Positions 1 to 8,740 of a stretch of 64,000 nucleotides of DNA are shown here, piece after piece (within the stretch, counting starts at the first letter, position 1; every line of letters starts with the position of its first letter). The DNA lies in NCBI GenBank assembly GCA_964291315.2, contig OZ219753.1, positions 2,528,001 through 2,592,000 of the forward strand. Reading direction: 5' to 3'. Origin of the DNA: Candidatus Poribacteria bacterium (GTDB lineage Bacteria > Poribacteria > WGA-4E > WGA-3G). The notes under the pieces were generated by a model. It saw nothing but the letters and a program-made list of their open reading frames with translations. It was not told the origin of the DNA and searched no databases. The position numbers and the translations under genes were made by a program.

Positions 1-93
1 TATACGTAACTACCATAAACTGTTATAGCTGACGACTGAGCGTGAACGCAGCGAATGCACTGAAACCTGACAACTATAAAAAAAGGAGAAATC

Positions 94-1011
94 GTGAATT
101 TTGAACCGAGCACCCCGATTGAGGTGCCGAAAATCGTATCTGACCAGCAGATTCAATTTTTTATCCAAAACGGTTATCTCACTATTCCGGATCTGTTATC
201 CCTCGACGAAATAGAGGAATTGCGGCAGGACGCTGTCACGCTTGCTAAAGGTGGGTATCCGTGTGAGAGTTTACAACCGATCCCTGATGGTATTAGCGAT
301 GCCGAGGCCATCAGTCGTATCCTCTGCATCCATCAACCGCATTTTATCAGTCCTGTTATTGAAAAGTACATCAAGCACCCCAAAATATGTGGTATCTTGA
401 GCCAAATAACTGCTGCACATTTACCGCATTGGGACGGAAGTGTCAAATGTATGCAGTCGATGCTGTTTGTCAAGCCCCCTAATTTTCAAGGGCAGGCGTG
501 GCATCAGGACGAAATCTTTATCCCGACCCGTGACCGGTCCCTGATTGGTGCGTGGATAGCGATGGACGACGCAACTATAAAGAATGGATGTCTATGGGTA
601 CTCCCTGGCTCACATCGCCACGGATACCTATATCCGCTGAAGTATCATGAAAATCCGGATGAATTCGATGTCGCCCATGAAAGTTACGGGTTCGACGACA
701 CCAATGAAGTGCCTGTCGAAGTTAAAACCGGGGCGTTAGTGTTTTTTAACGGTTATTTACTCCACCGCTCTCGCAAAAACCGTGGAGATACATATCGACG
801 GGTCTTGGTGAATCATTACTGCAACGCCTGGTCGTTATTACCGTGGACGATTAAGGAGGGGGAACGCGCCGCAAGTGCTGATCGACGATGCATCATTCCG
901 GTTTCGGGTATTGATCCGTATGCGTGGAAAGGTTATGAACCACCGCCTCAAGATGTCCATTTACGGACATGCAAAGCCGCTGAAGAGATGGAGGCATTAG
1001 ATGCAAGTTGA
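94..1011 (+). CDS. Phytanoyl-CoA dioxygenase (PhyH) family 2OG/Fe(II) oxygenase
   Basis: WHQD HxD motif, NGCLWVLPGSH, distal H in LLHRS; RBS aaggag before GTG. Confidence 0.9.
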   Translation: MNFEPSTPIEVPKIVSDQQIQFFIQNGYLTIPDLLSLDEIEELRQDAVTLAKGGYPCESLQPIPDGISDAEAISRILCIHQPHFISPVIEKYIKHPKICGILSQITAAHLPHWDGSVKCMQSMLFVKPPNFQGQAWHQDEIFIPTRDRSLIGAWIAMDDATIKNGCLWVLPGSHRHGYLYPLKYHENPDEFDVAHESYGFDDTNEVPVEVKTGALVFFNGYLLHRSRKNRGDTYRRVLVNHYCNAWSLLPWTIKEGERAASADRRCIIPVSGIDPYAWKGYEPPPQDVHLRTCKAAEEMEALDAS

Positions 1012-1231
1012 ACCTCTTGACGCAGCTCTGAAATCTAAACTTGCTGACCTCAGACAAGTGTTAGAAACTATCATGCAGCGGATCGCGACCGGTGAGGATA
1101 TAGTGGGACAACTCGGCCAAATTGACACACTGTATCGAGAACTCACATTGGCGGAGGCCCCTAAAATGCTTCTGCACTACCTTGAGCGCAAAAGTTATAC
1201 TAAGGCATTAGAATTTCTCAGAACGTTATAG
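1001..1231 (+). CDS. Small helical hypothetical protein
   Basis: ggagg RBS; overlaps the PhyH stop; C-terminal LLHYLERKSYTKALEFL looks conserved-like. Confidence 0.65.
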   Translation: MQVEPLDAALKSKLADLRQVLETIMQRIATGEDIVGQLGQIDTLYRELTLAEAPKMLLHYLERKSYTKALEFLRTL

Positions 1232-1335
1232 CCGAACAGCTATCAACCGTCATCTGTCAGTTAAACATGATGACTGTGGATTAAAAGGTTTCATAGCAGA
1301 ACAAACCGATAGCTGCTAAAACCGACGGCCAGCAC
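1231..1335. repeat. Degenerate heptamer-based palindromic intergenic element
   Basis: Left arm cagctatcaaccgtcatctgtcag, right arm ccgatagctg..accgacggcc; same family as 3285-3402, 19240-19341 and 20402-20462. Confidence 0.45.
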
Positions 1336-1348
1336 ATGGAGATCAAGA

Positions 1349-2107
1349 ATGGAAAGAAAAGATGGGCGGCAACTAAATGAGATGCGTCCTGTCACGATCA
1401 AACGACACTATATCAAACATGCTGAAGGTTCAGTCCTCGTCGTAACAGGGGACACCCATGTTATCTGTACTGCTTCCGTTATAACCCAACAGCCTCGTTT
1501 CATGCGTGAGCAGCGTATCAAAAAAAAGGGATGGGTGACCGCGGAATACTCGATGCTGCCGCGTGCGACTGCCGATCGGACCCAACGTGAGGTGACACGT
1601 GGCAGTGTTGGCGGCAGGACACAAGAGATTCAACGTCTTATCGGCCGCTCCTTACGCGCTGCTGTTGATTTGCGTTCCCTAGAGGAACACACCGTCTGGA
1701 TAGATTGTGACGTCATTCAAGCAGATGGCGGGACACGCACCACTGCAATTACCGGGGCTTTTATCGCTTTATGGGATGCCTGCCGAAAACTCGTCAAGCA
1801 GAAAAAAATCAAGAACTTCCCAATCACCAATAATATCGCCGCAACCAGTGTCGGGATGATCAAAGGGACACCGCTGCTCGACCTCTGTTATAACGAAGAC
1901 TCCGCCGCCGATGTTGATATGAACATCATTATGAACGGGAGTGGAAAGTTTATAGAGATGCAAGCTACCGCGGAAAAGAAACCATTTTCGCGTGAGGATT
2001 ACGACCAGATGTTGGATCTTGCTGTCAACGGTATTCAGGAACTCGTTCGGTTACAGAACCGTATAATGTTGGAGGGATTAGATGAAGCTAGTACTAGCAA
2101 CCCGTAA
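1349..2107 (+). CDS. rph: Ribonuclease PH
   Basis: R.DGR...[31 protein letters not shown] motifs. Confidence 0.97.
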   Translation: MERKDGRQLNEMRPVTIKRHYIKHAEGSVLVVTGDTHVICTASVITQQPRFMREQRIKKKGWVTAEYSMLPRATADRTQREVTRGSVGGRTQEIQRLIGRSLRAAVDLRSLEEHTVWIDCDVIQADGGTRTTAITGAFIALWDACRKLVKQKKIKNFPITNNIAATSVGMIKGTPLLDLCYNEDSAADVDMNIIMNGSGKFIEMQATAEKKPFSREDYDQMLDLAVNGIQELVRLQNRIMLEGLDEASTSNP

Positions 2108-2711
2108 TCAAGGCAAGGTCCAAGAACTCACGGAGATGCTTGACTACATTTATCAACACTCAGCTGTCAAAACTGCTAACCAACAACCGAGAAAAGTCAA
2201 CGGTTCCATCGAAGTTGTCTCCTTAAAATCCTATCCCGGTGCCCCAGAGATTGATGAGGATGGCGAAACTTACGCTGAAAACGCCTGTAAAAAAGCATCT
2301 GCGATTGCTCAATATACCGGACATCTCACGCTAGCTGACGATGCCGGCTTAGAAGTAAGTGCCCTTAACGGAGCGCCCGGAGTTAACTCCAAACGCTGGG
2401 CCGGTGAAGATGCGACTGATGAAGAACGAGTTGCGCGTCTCCTTCAAATACTCGACCGTATTAAGGCTCGACGCGCCCGTTTTGTCGCAGCAATTGCGGT
2501 TGCACATCCGGATACTGTACCTGAAGTTGTCATGGGAATTTGTGAAGGACGGATTGCTCACAGCCCCGCCGGAGAAAGTGGTTTTGGATACGATCCAATA
2601 TTTGTACCCGACGGTTATGAACAGAGCTTCGCAGAATTGGGTGAAAAAATAAAAAATCAAATTAGTCACAGAGCTAAGGCATTGCAACAAGCACTTGCCT
2701 TGATTGAGTAA
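2082..2711 (+). CDS. rdgB: Non-canonical purine NTP pyrophosphatase (RdgB/HAM1)
   Basis: [40 protein letters not shown]; follows rph; carries an ~18-aa insertion near the N-terminus. Confidence 0.95.
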   Translation: MKLVLATRNQGKVQELTEMLDYIYQHSAVKTANQQPRKVNGSIEVVSLKSYPGAPEIDEDGETYAENACKKASAIAQYTGHLTLADDAGLEVSALNGAPGVNSKRWAGEDATDEERVARLLQILDRIKARRARFVAAIAVAHPDTVPEVVMGICEGRIAHSPAGESGFGYDPIFVPDGYEQSFAELGEKIKNQISHRAKALQQALALIE

Positions 2712-2726
2712 TCAAACGAGGAGAAA

Positions 2727-3284
2727 ATGGCATCACTTAACGATTTACGTAACGGATTGGTTATCCGACTTAACGATATTATTTACACTATAGTTGATTG
2801 TCAACATGTCAAGCCGGGGAAAGGGAGTGCCTTTGCGCGCACAAAAATCAAACGTGTTAGCGATGGGGCTGTCTTGGACCGGACATTCCGTTCCAGCGAA
2901 AATATAGAAACTGTCAGACTTATGGACCATCAGATGCAGTATATGTACAGGGACGGCGAGGGACTGTGGTTTATGGATAACGAGACTTTCGAGCAACATT
3001 CGCTGTCAATAGATTTTATCGGGGATAATTTGAAGTTTCTAAAGGAGGGCGAGACAGTCACCGTCAAGATGGACGGTTCAATACCCCTAGTGCTTGAACT
3101 TCCTAATTTTGTTGAGCTCCAGATCATTGAAACCGATCCGGGATTACGCGGTGATACGGTCAGCGGCGGCTCAAAGCGAGCCACCCTTGAGACAGGTGCA
3201 GTTGTTAACGTTCCGCTATTTATTCAAAACGAAACGCGCATCAAGGTTGATACGCGCACCGGAAAATATGTAGAAAGGATATAA
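2727..3284 (+). CDS. efp: Elongation factor P
   Basis: HVKPGKGSAF, PGLRGDT, VPLFI...KVDTRTGKYVER. Confidence 0.98.
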   Translation: MASLNDLRNGLVIRLNDIIYTIVDCQHVKPGKGSAFARTKIKRVSDGAVLDRTFRSSENIETVRLMDHQMQYMYRDGEGLWFMDNETFEQHSLSIDFIGDNLKFLKEGETVTVKMDGSIPLVLELPNFVELQIIETDPGLRGDTVSGGSKRATLETGAVVNVPLFIQNETRIKVDTRTGKYVERI

Positions 3285-3402
3285 TAGTCGTCAGTTCCAG
3301 CGGTCAAAGGTCAGTCACACATGGTCGGTTGCAAACGTTTTTTCGCCTGCCACGCTTTCTGAACTGACGGCTGAAAGCTAAGCAGCCCGATGGCTGACTG
3401 CT
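3285..3402. repeat. Heptamer-based palindromic intergenic element
   Basis: Left arm tagtcgtcagttccagcggtca..ggtcagtc; right arm ctgaactgacggctgaaagct..gatggctgactgcta. Confidence 0.55.
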
Positions 3403-3413
3403 ATTCCAAAGAG

Positions 3414-3932
3414 ATGCATCAAAACAAAGATAAAGATAAGTCTGAATCCACCGTGCAAGGCTTCAGTGGCATGCTGGAACTTGTTGAGCAACTAGCAGCT
3501 ATTCTTGAACGGACCAACCTCACGGAGGTGTGTATCCGAGAGAATGAAGTTGAGGTACGAGTGTCCAGACACCCACAAAACCCTTTTAGAGATGAGGGGT
3601 CGTCCTTACAACCTGTGGCAGCCAATATGGTGCCAAGTACACAGGGGCTACCGACAGAGGATGCAACGGTAGAAAGCAGCTCGCAAACCCAAGGTAACTT
3701 CATCAACGCTCCGATGCCTTCACGTTTTTATCGTTCCGCGGCACCGGGAGAACCTCCGTTTGTTGAGGTTGGAAATAGGGTCAGTGTTGGGGAGCCGGTC
3801 GCGGTCCTCGAAGTTATGAAGACTTACAATCCTGTAGAAGCACCTTTTAACTGTGAGATTTTAGAAATCCTCGTTCAAGACGGTGAAGCTGTTGAGTATA
3901 ACCAACCGCTGTTCCGAATCAAGCCGCAATAA
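3414..3932 (+). CDS. accB: Acetyl-CoA carboxylase biotin carboxyl carrier protein
   Basis: EVMKTYN biotinylation motif, APMPSRFYR, VEYNQPLF; start uncertain (3390, 3414 or 3471). Confidence 0.93.
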   Translation: MHQNKDKDKSESTVQGFSGMLELVEQLAAILERTNLTEVCIRENEVEVRVSRHPQNPFRDEGSSLQPVAANMVPSTQGLPTEDATVESSSQTQGNFINAPMPSRFYRSAAPGEPPFVEVGNRVSVGEPVAVLEVMKTYNPVEAPFNCEILEILVQDGEAVEYNQPLFRIKPQ

Positions 3933-4022
3933 GTTCTTTTTATAGTGTGAGTTACTTGTAGGTTTTCATCGTAAATTTTACTAGTTCAGCATCTAAATCT
4001 TGCTCTTTCTCAAATATAAGAT

Positions 4023-5381
4023 ATGATAAAAAAAATACTAATAGCAAATCGCGGTGAAATCGCTATCCGTATTATCCGCGCTTGTAAGGACATGGGAATA
4101 AAGACGGTCGCTATTTTTTCTACAGCTGATGAAGACGCACTGCACGTTCAATACGCTGATGAGGCGTACTGCATCGGCCCCGCACCGTCAACAGAAAGCT
4201 ATCTCAAGTATGCGAATATTATCTTTATTGCCGACTCTGCAAATGTTAATGCTATTCATCCGGGGGCAGGTTTTCTCGCCGAGGACGCACAGTTCGCTGA
4301 AATTTGTGAAGCACACGAGATACGGTTTATTGGGCCTTCTATCGAAGATATCCGAACAATGGGGAACAAAGTAAGAGCATTGGAAACGGCGGCGAAAGCA
4401 GGTTTGAAGTTGATTCCTGGCAGCCAAGGCGGTAGACGTAAAAAAAATAAGAAAAGTACAGTTGATACCGCTGAAGATGCTGCACAACTCGCGGAGAAGA
4501 TTGGTTATCCGGTCGGAATTAAAGCTGTTGCAGGTGGCGGCGGCCGCGGGATCCGGATCGCAGAAAATCGGCCAAGTTTGATGAACCTTTTTCACACTGC
4601 AAAGGCGGAAGGGGAAGCCGCTTTTGGTAATGGCGATGTCTATATTGAGAAATGGATTGAGGAAGCACGGCATATTGAAGTTCAAATCTTAGGCGATACA
4701 CACGGCAATGTCGTTCATTTGGGCGAGCGCGAATGTTCTATCCAGCGGAAACAGCAGAAATTGCTTGAGGAAGCGCCTGCCGCCTCTATTTCATCTAAGC
4801 TGCGCAATGAAATTTGTAAAGCTGCCGTGAAAGCTGCAAAGTCAATCGGATACTCGAATGCAGGGACAATTGAGTTTATTGTGGATAAGGACAACAATTT
4901 CTACTTTTTGGAGATGAATACGCGCATTCAAGTTGAGCACACTATCACAGAAAGCGTCACAGGCATAGATTTGATTAAGGAACAGATTCGACTCGCGATG
5001 GGCGAACCGCTTGGATACAACCAATCCGATGTTGAAATACGTGGGCACGCTATTGAATGCCGAATTAATGCCGAAGACCCTGCCAATCAGTTTATGCCTT
5101 CGCCAGGATTAGTCACTACTTATCATCCTCCAGGCGGCATCGGCATCCGGGTTGACGGATACCTCTACACCGGGTATACCGTCCCGCCACATTACGATTC
5201 ACTCATCGCGAAACTCATCGCAAACGGTAGAGACCGAAAGGAGGCAATCGCGCGATTAGGGCGAGCATTGTCCGAATTTAGAATTGATGGCATAAAAACT
5301 ACAATCCCGCTCTTCCAACAAATTTCCAATGATGAACGTTTCCTTAACCGAACTGTTTTTACGAATTTTCTTGAGACATGA
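4023..5381 (+). CDS. accC: Acetyl-CoA carboxylase biotin carboxylase subunit
   Basis: KKILIANRGEIA, GGGGRG, ERECSIQR, EMNTRIQVEH, YDSLIAKLI. Confidence 0.97.
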   Translation: MIKKILIANRGEIAIRIIRACKDMGIKTVAIFSTADEDALHVQYADEAYCIGPAPSTESYLKYANIIFIADSANVNAIHPGAGFLAEDAQFAEICEAHEIRFIGPSIEDIRTMGNKVRALETAAKAGLKLIPGSQGGRRKKNKKSTVDTAEDAAQLAEKIGYPVGIKAVAGGGGRGIRIAENRPSLMNLFHTAKAEGEAAFGNGDVYIEKWIEEARHIEVQILGDTHGNVVHLGERECSIQRKQQKLLEEAPAASISSKLRNEICKAAVKAAKSIGYSNAGTIEFIVDKDNNFYFLEMNTRIQVEHTITESVTGIDLIKEQIRLAMGEPLGYNQSDVEIRGHAIECRINAEDPANQFMPSPGLVTTYHPPGGIGIRVDGYLYTGYTVPPHYDSLIAKLIANGRDRKEAIARLGRALSEFRIDGIKTTIPLFQQISNDERFLNRTVFTNFLET

Positions 5382-5478
5382 AGGAACTGCCGGCCGTCAA
5401 CACCCCCGGTGTTTGCTACGCTTACTTTCACTAGTCAGTAAACCGTTCTATACGTCCGCGGATATCCAATAACCAGAG

Positions 5479-7134
5479 ATGTATTTTTTCTTTTCGCTAC
5501 TTGCAATTTTATGTTCGCTTTCTATAGATGTAGGCGCGGTTACCTATGTTGATGTCACTGATGAAGCTGGTATCCATTTTCAGCATTCTAGGGGTGCCCG
5601 TTCGAGTCTACTGCCAGAAGATATGGGATCCGGCGCAGGTTTTGCCGATATAGACAACGACGGCGACATCGACCTCTACATTGTTAATATTCCGGGCCCC
5701 TTTCAACAAGATGACAGCCTTGTCAGTTCCGGGGCTCCTAATGTTCTCTATCGTAATGACGGGAACGGCACGTTTACGGACATCACTAAGGCAGCAGGCG
5801 TTGGACACCAAGGCTACGGTATGGGATGTGTTTTTAGTGATTATGATGGCGACGGCAATATCGATCTGTATGTCACCAATTATGGAATGAACGTGCTTTA
5901 TCGCAATAACGGTGATAATACCTTCCGGGATGTGACAAAAATTGCCGGGGTCAGCTGTGAATTATGGAGCACTGGGGCAGCCTTTGCAGATGTGGATGGC
6001 GACAGTGACTTGGACCTCTACGTTTGCAATTATGTCGTCTATGATCTGGAAAAGTTAGGGCAGATGCAGGAGGAGTCTTTACAATCTGGTAAGCCTGTGC
6101 CGAGTGCTCTCAATCCGCATGTCTTTGAACCACAAAATAATGTCTTGTATCGAAATAACGGGGACGGGACGTTTACGGATGTAACAGCTGAAGCAGGCGT
6201 TGCTGCCGCTGAAGGGCGTAGTATGCAAGCTATCTTTAGCGACTTTGATGGTGATAACGACCTAGATCTATACGTCGCGAACGATACTTCTGTCAACTAT
6301 ACCTATCGGAATGATGGAGCCGGCGTTTTCACTGACATCAGTGCCGAATCATGGGCAGCAGATTTTCGCGGCTCTATGGGACTCGCTGCCGGCGATTACG
6401 ATGGCGATGGCGATATAGACCTTTTTATGAGTCATTGGGTTGATGAAGAAAACGCTCTTTATAGAAACCTCCTGAAGGAAGAAGACGGAGATACCGAAGA
6501 CATCAGGTTTGTAGATGAGTCCTATACCGCCCTGCTCGCTGAACAGAGCATCAAGCAGGTGGGGTGGGGAACTACACTCTTCGATTACGACAACGATGGC
6601 GATCTGGATATCTTTGTGACGAACGGCAGCACCTTCCAGGAGCTTGACAGTCCGGAGTCGCTTATTCCCCAACGTGATGCCTTGTTCCGCAATGACGGTG
6701 ATGGCACGTTTACCGATGTCAGTGGAATTGCGGGGTTTACCGCACTCGCTGTCCGCGTCGGTCGTGGGGCAGCATTTGGAGACTACGATAACGATGGCGA
6801 TCTGGATATCTTTGTTGTCAATAATTACGCATCCCCTGCTCTTTTACGCAATGAGGGCGGAAATCGAAACAACTGGCTGCATGTCGAATTGATTGGCACG
6901 AACGCGAACCGAAACGCAGTCGGCGCTAAGATCCAAGTGAAAACCGCGGAGCGTACGCAGCTCCGTGAGATTTACGCCGGGGATAGTTACATGTCTTTTA
7001 ATAGCTTCATCGCTGAATTTGGCGTGGGACTGGCAACATACGTTGAACGTCTACAAGTTATCTGGCCAAACGGCGATACACAAACGCTTCATAACGTGCC
7101 GACAAATCAGCGACTCCGTATAACGCAACAATAG
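5479..7134 (+). CDS. Secreted CRTAC1-family protein (FG-GAP/VCBS repeats + C-terminal ASPIC/UnbV domain)
   Basis: Signal peptide; repeated DxDxDGDxDL / LYRNxGDGTFTDVT; C-terminal NRNAVGA...FG.G...WP.G. Confidence 0.9.
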   Translation: MYFFFSLLAILCSLSIDVGAVTYVDVTDEAGIHFQHSRGARSSLLPEDMGSGAGFADIDNDGDIDLYIVNIPGPFQQDDSLVSSGAPNVLYRNDGNGTFTDITKAAGVGHQGYGMGCVFSDYDGDGNIDLYVTNYGMNVLYRNNGDNTFRDVTKIAGVSCELWSTGAAFADVDGDSDLDLYVCNYVVYDLEKLGQMQEESLQSGKPVPSALNPHVFEPQNNVLYRNNGDGTFTDVTAEAGVAAAEGRSMQAIFSDFDGDNDLDLYVANDTSVNYTYRNDGAGVFTDISAESWAADFRGSMGLAAGDYDGDGDIDLFMSHWVDEENALYRNLLKEEDGDTEDIRFVDESYTALLAEQSIKQVGWGTTLFDYDNDGDLDIFVTNGSTFQELDSPESLIPQRDALFRNDGDGTFTDVSGIAGFTALAVRVGRGAAFGDYDNDGDLDIFVVNNYASPALLRNEGGNRNNWLHVELIGTNANRNAVGAKIQVKTAERTQLREIYAGDSYMSFNSFIAEFGVGLATYVERLQVIWPNGDTQTLHNVPTNQRLRITQQ

Positions 7135-7144
7135 GAAGGTCAAA

Positions 7145-8539
7145 ATGCTTTTCCGTTTTTACTTCTTCCTTTCTGTCTGTTTAATACTGTTTGCATGCGG
7201 CGAAAACCCTGCTATTAAGCGCGGCAAGGCGTTACTCAGAACTGGTGACGCTCCTGCAGCGATTCGGGAGTTTGAGTCAGTACTTAAACAGAACTCTTCT
7301 GATGCTGAAGCCTATTATCAGCTCGGTTTAGCGTATGAAGAATTAAAGGATACCGTCCGGGCAACTGATGCTTTTAGAAGTGCACAACGATTCGCACCGC
7401 AACGTCCAGAAATCACACTCGCGATCGCTCGCCTCCACTGGCACACTGGTAACCGTGACTTCGCCATTTCCGAGTTTCAAAATTTGTTGAACAGCTCACT
7501 TAATAAAGAGAACCTCCTGGCGTTGGCAGCACTCACAGGTGATGCCTACCACGTCCAACGCTTGCGTACCGAGGGCAGCGGCGATTACGATCAGACTTTC
7601 ACTGATAAAGGGAATATAATGACCTTTACGGCAAAGTATGCCGATGATTATAGTCCAGCAATCTCACCAGATGGAAAACGGATCGTCTTCGCCTCAAATC
7701 GCCTTCAGAACACCGAGCTGTATCTCATGGACCTCGGGACTCGCGTACTCCGCCAACTAACGCATACCGATGAGCTTGATGAATATATGCCCGCTTTTTC
7801 ACCAGATGGAAAGTCGCTAGCCTTCGTGACCGAGCGCACACGCGGCGGTATGATGCTGCCGCCCGTTCAGGCGAGCGGTTCTGATCCGAGCAGCGCTACG
7901 ATTTATTTTATGGATATCGACGGAAAGAACCAGCGTCCGGTAATAGATATGGAAGGTGCCCAACGCTCCCCTGTTTTTTCGCCAGATGGCAAACGAATTG
8001 CTTTCGAATCCAAAGCACCCTCACGCGGAAATAAGAGCATCCCTGGAGGCAGCGATGATAACGACACTTTAGAGATTTACGTCATTCAGACAGATGGCAC
8101 AAATAAGATCCGGCTGACCCATAACAATATAGATGATGGACATCCCGCGTGGTCACCGAGTGGGAAGTGGATCGCTTTTACCGCTATGGTGGGGAATGTC
8201 TATCAAATTTTCGTCGTTAGTGCAACAGGTGGAACGGCAAAGCAGCTAACTTTCTCTGATGCCAGCCATTATCAGCCGATTTTCACTCCAGATGGTAGAC
8301 GGATCATCTATGTCTCAAACGCCCACAACCATTATACGCTCTGGATGATGAACGCTGACGGTAGAAACAAAACCCAACTCACAAGCCACATCGGTGCACA
8401 TTTTGAACCAAGTCTTTCGGGAGATGGGAAAACCCTTATATTTAGTTCCGACCGTTCAGATCACATGCGAATTTACCTCATGGATTTAGCAAAACCCACT
8501 CAAGCGGAAGCGTTGAGCGCAAGGTTGGCAGATTTGTAA
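7145..8539 (+). CDS. Lipoprotein with TPR domain and PD40/TolB-like beta-propeller
   Basis: Lipobox LFAC; TPR AEAYYQLGLAY; multiple P.(F/W)SPDGK.I.F repeats. Confidence 0.88.
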   Translation: MLFRFYFFLSVCLILFACGENPAIKRGKALLRTGDAPAAIREFESVLKQNSSDAEAYYQLGLAYEELKDTVRATDAFRSAQRFAPQRPEITLAIARLHWHTGNRDFAISEFQNLLNSSLNKENLLALAALTGDAYHVQRLRTEGSGDYDQTFTDKGNIMTFTAKYADDYSPAISPDGKRIVFASNRLQNTELYLMDLGTRVLRQLTHTDELDEYMPAFSPDGKSLAFVTERTRGGMMLPPVQASGSDPSSATIYFMDIDGKNQRPVIDMEGAQRSPVFSPDGKRIAFESKAPSRGNKSIPGGSDDNDTLEIYVIQTDGTNKIRLTHNNIDDGHPAWSPSGKWIAFTAMVGNVYQIFVVSATGGTAKQLTFSDASHYQPIFTPDGRRIIYVSNAHNHYTLWMMNADGRNKTQLTSHIGAHFEPSLSGDGKTLIFSSDRSDHMRIYLMDLAKPTQAEALSARLADL

Positions 8540-8555
8540 TCCGAACCTTCGAGTC

Positions 8556-8675
8556 TTGTAGCATCTTTAGTGCTTGTAACATAGACTGTTAGTCTGTGCA
8601 TCTTCGGGGCTTGCAGTATAGACTCTTGATCAGTGTGTTTTTAGGGTTTGTAGCATACACTGTTAGTCTATGCAT
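8556..8675 (+). repeat. Tandem GTAG-type REP-like palindromes, 37-bp period
   Basis: Units start at 8574, 8611 and 8648 (plus a partial at 8556); consensus ttGTAGCATAGACT-GTT-AGTCTATGC. Confidence 0.7.
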
Positions 8676-8740
8676 ATGTATGCCCCTAGCAGAAGGCTTT
8701 TTCTGTTGCCTTCTACTCCGAGAGCTGCTATTCTACCTTC

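Noticed and set aside
8556-8684. Possible CRISPR array (37-bp periodicity)
   Set aside because: Units are directly tandem with no unique spacers, and there are no cas genes; it fits REP-like palindromes.
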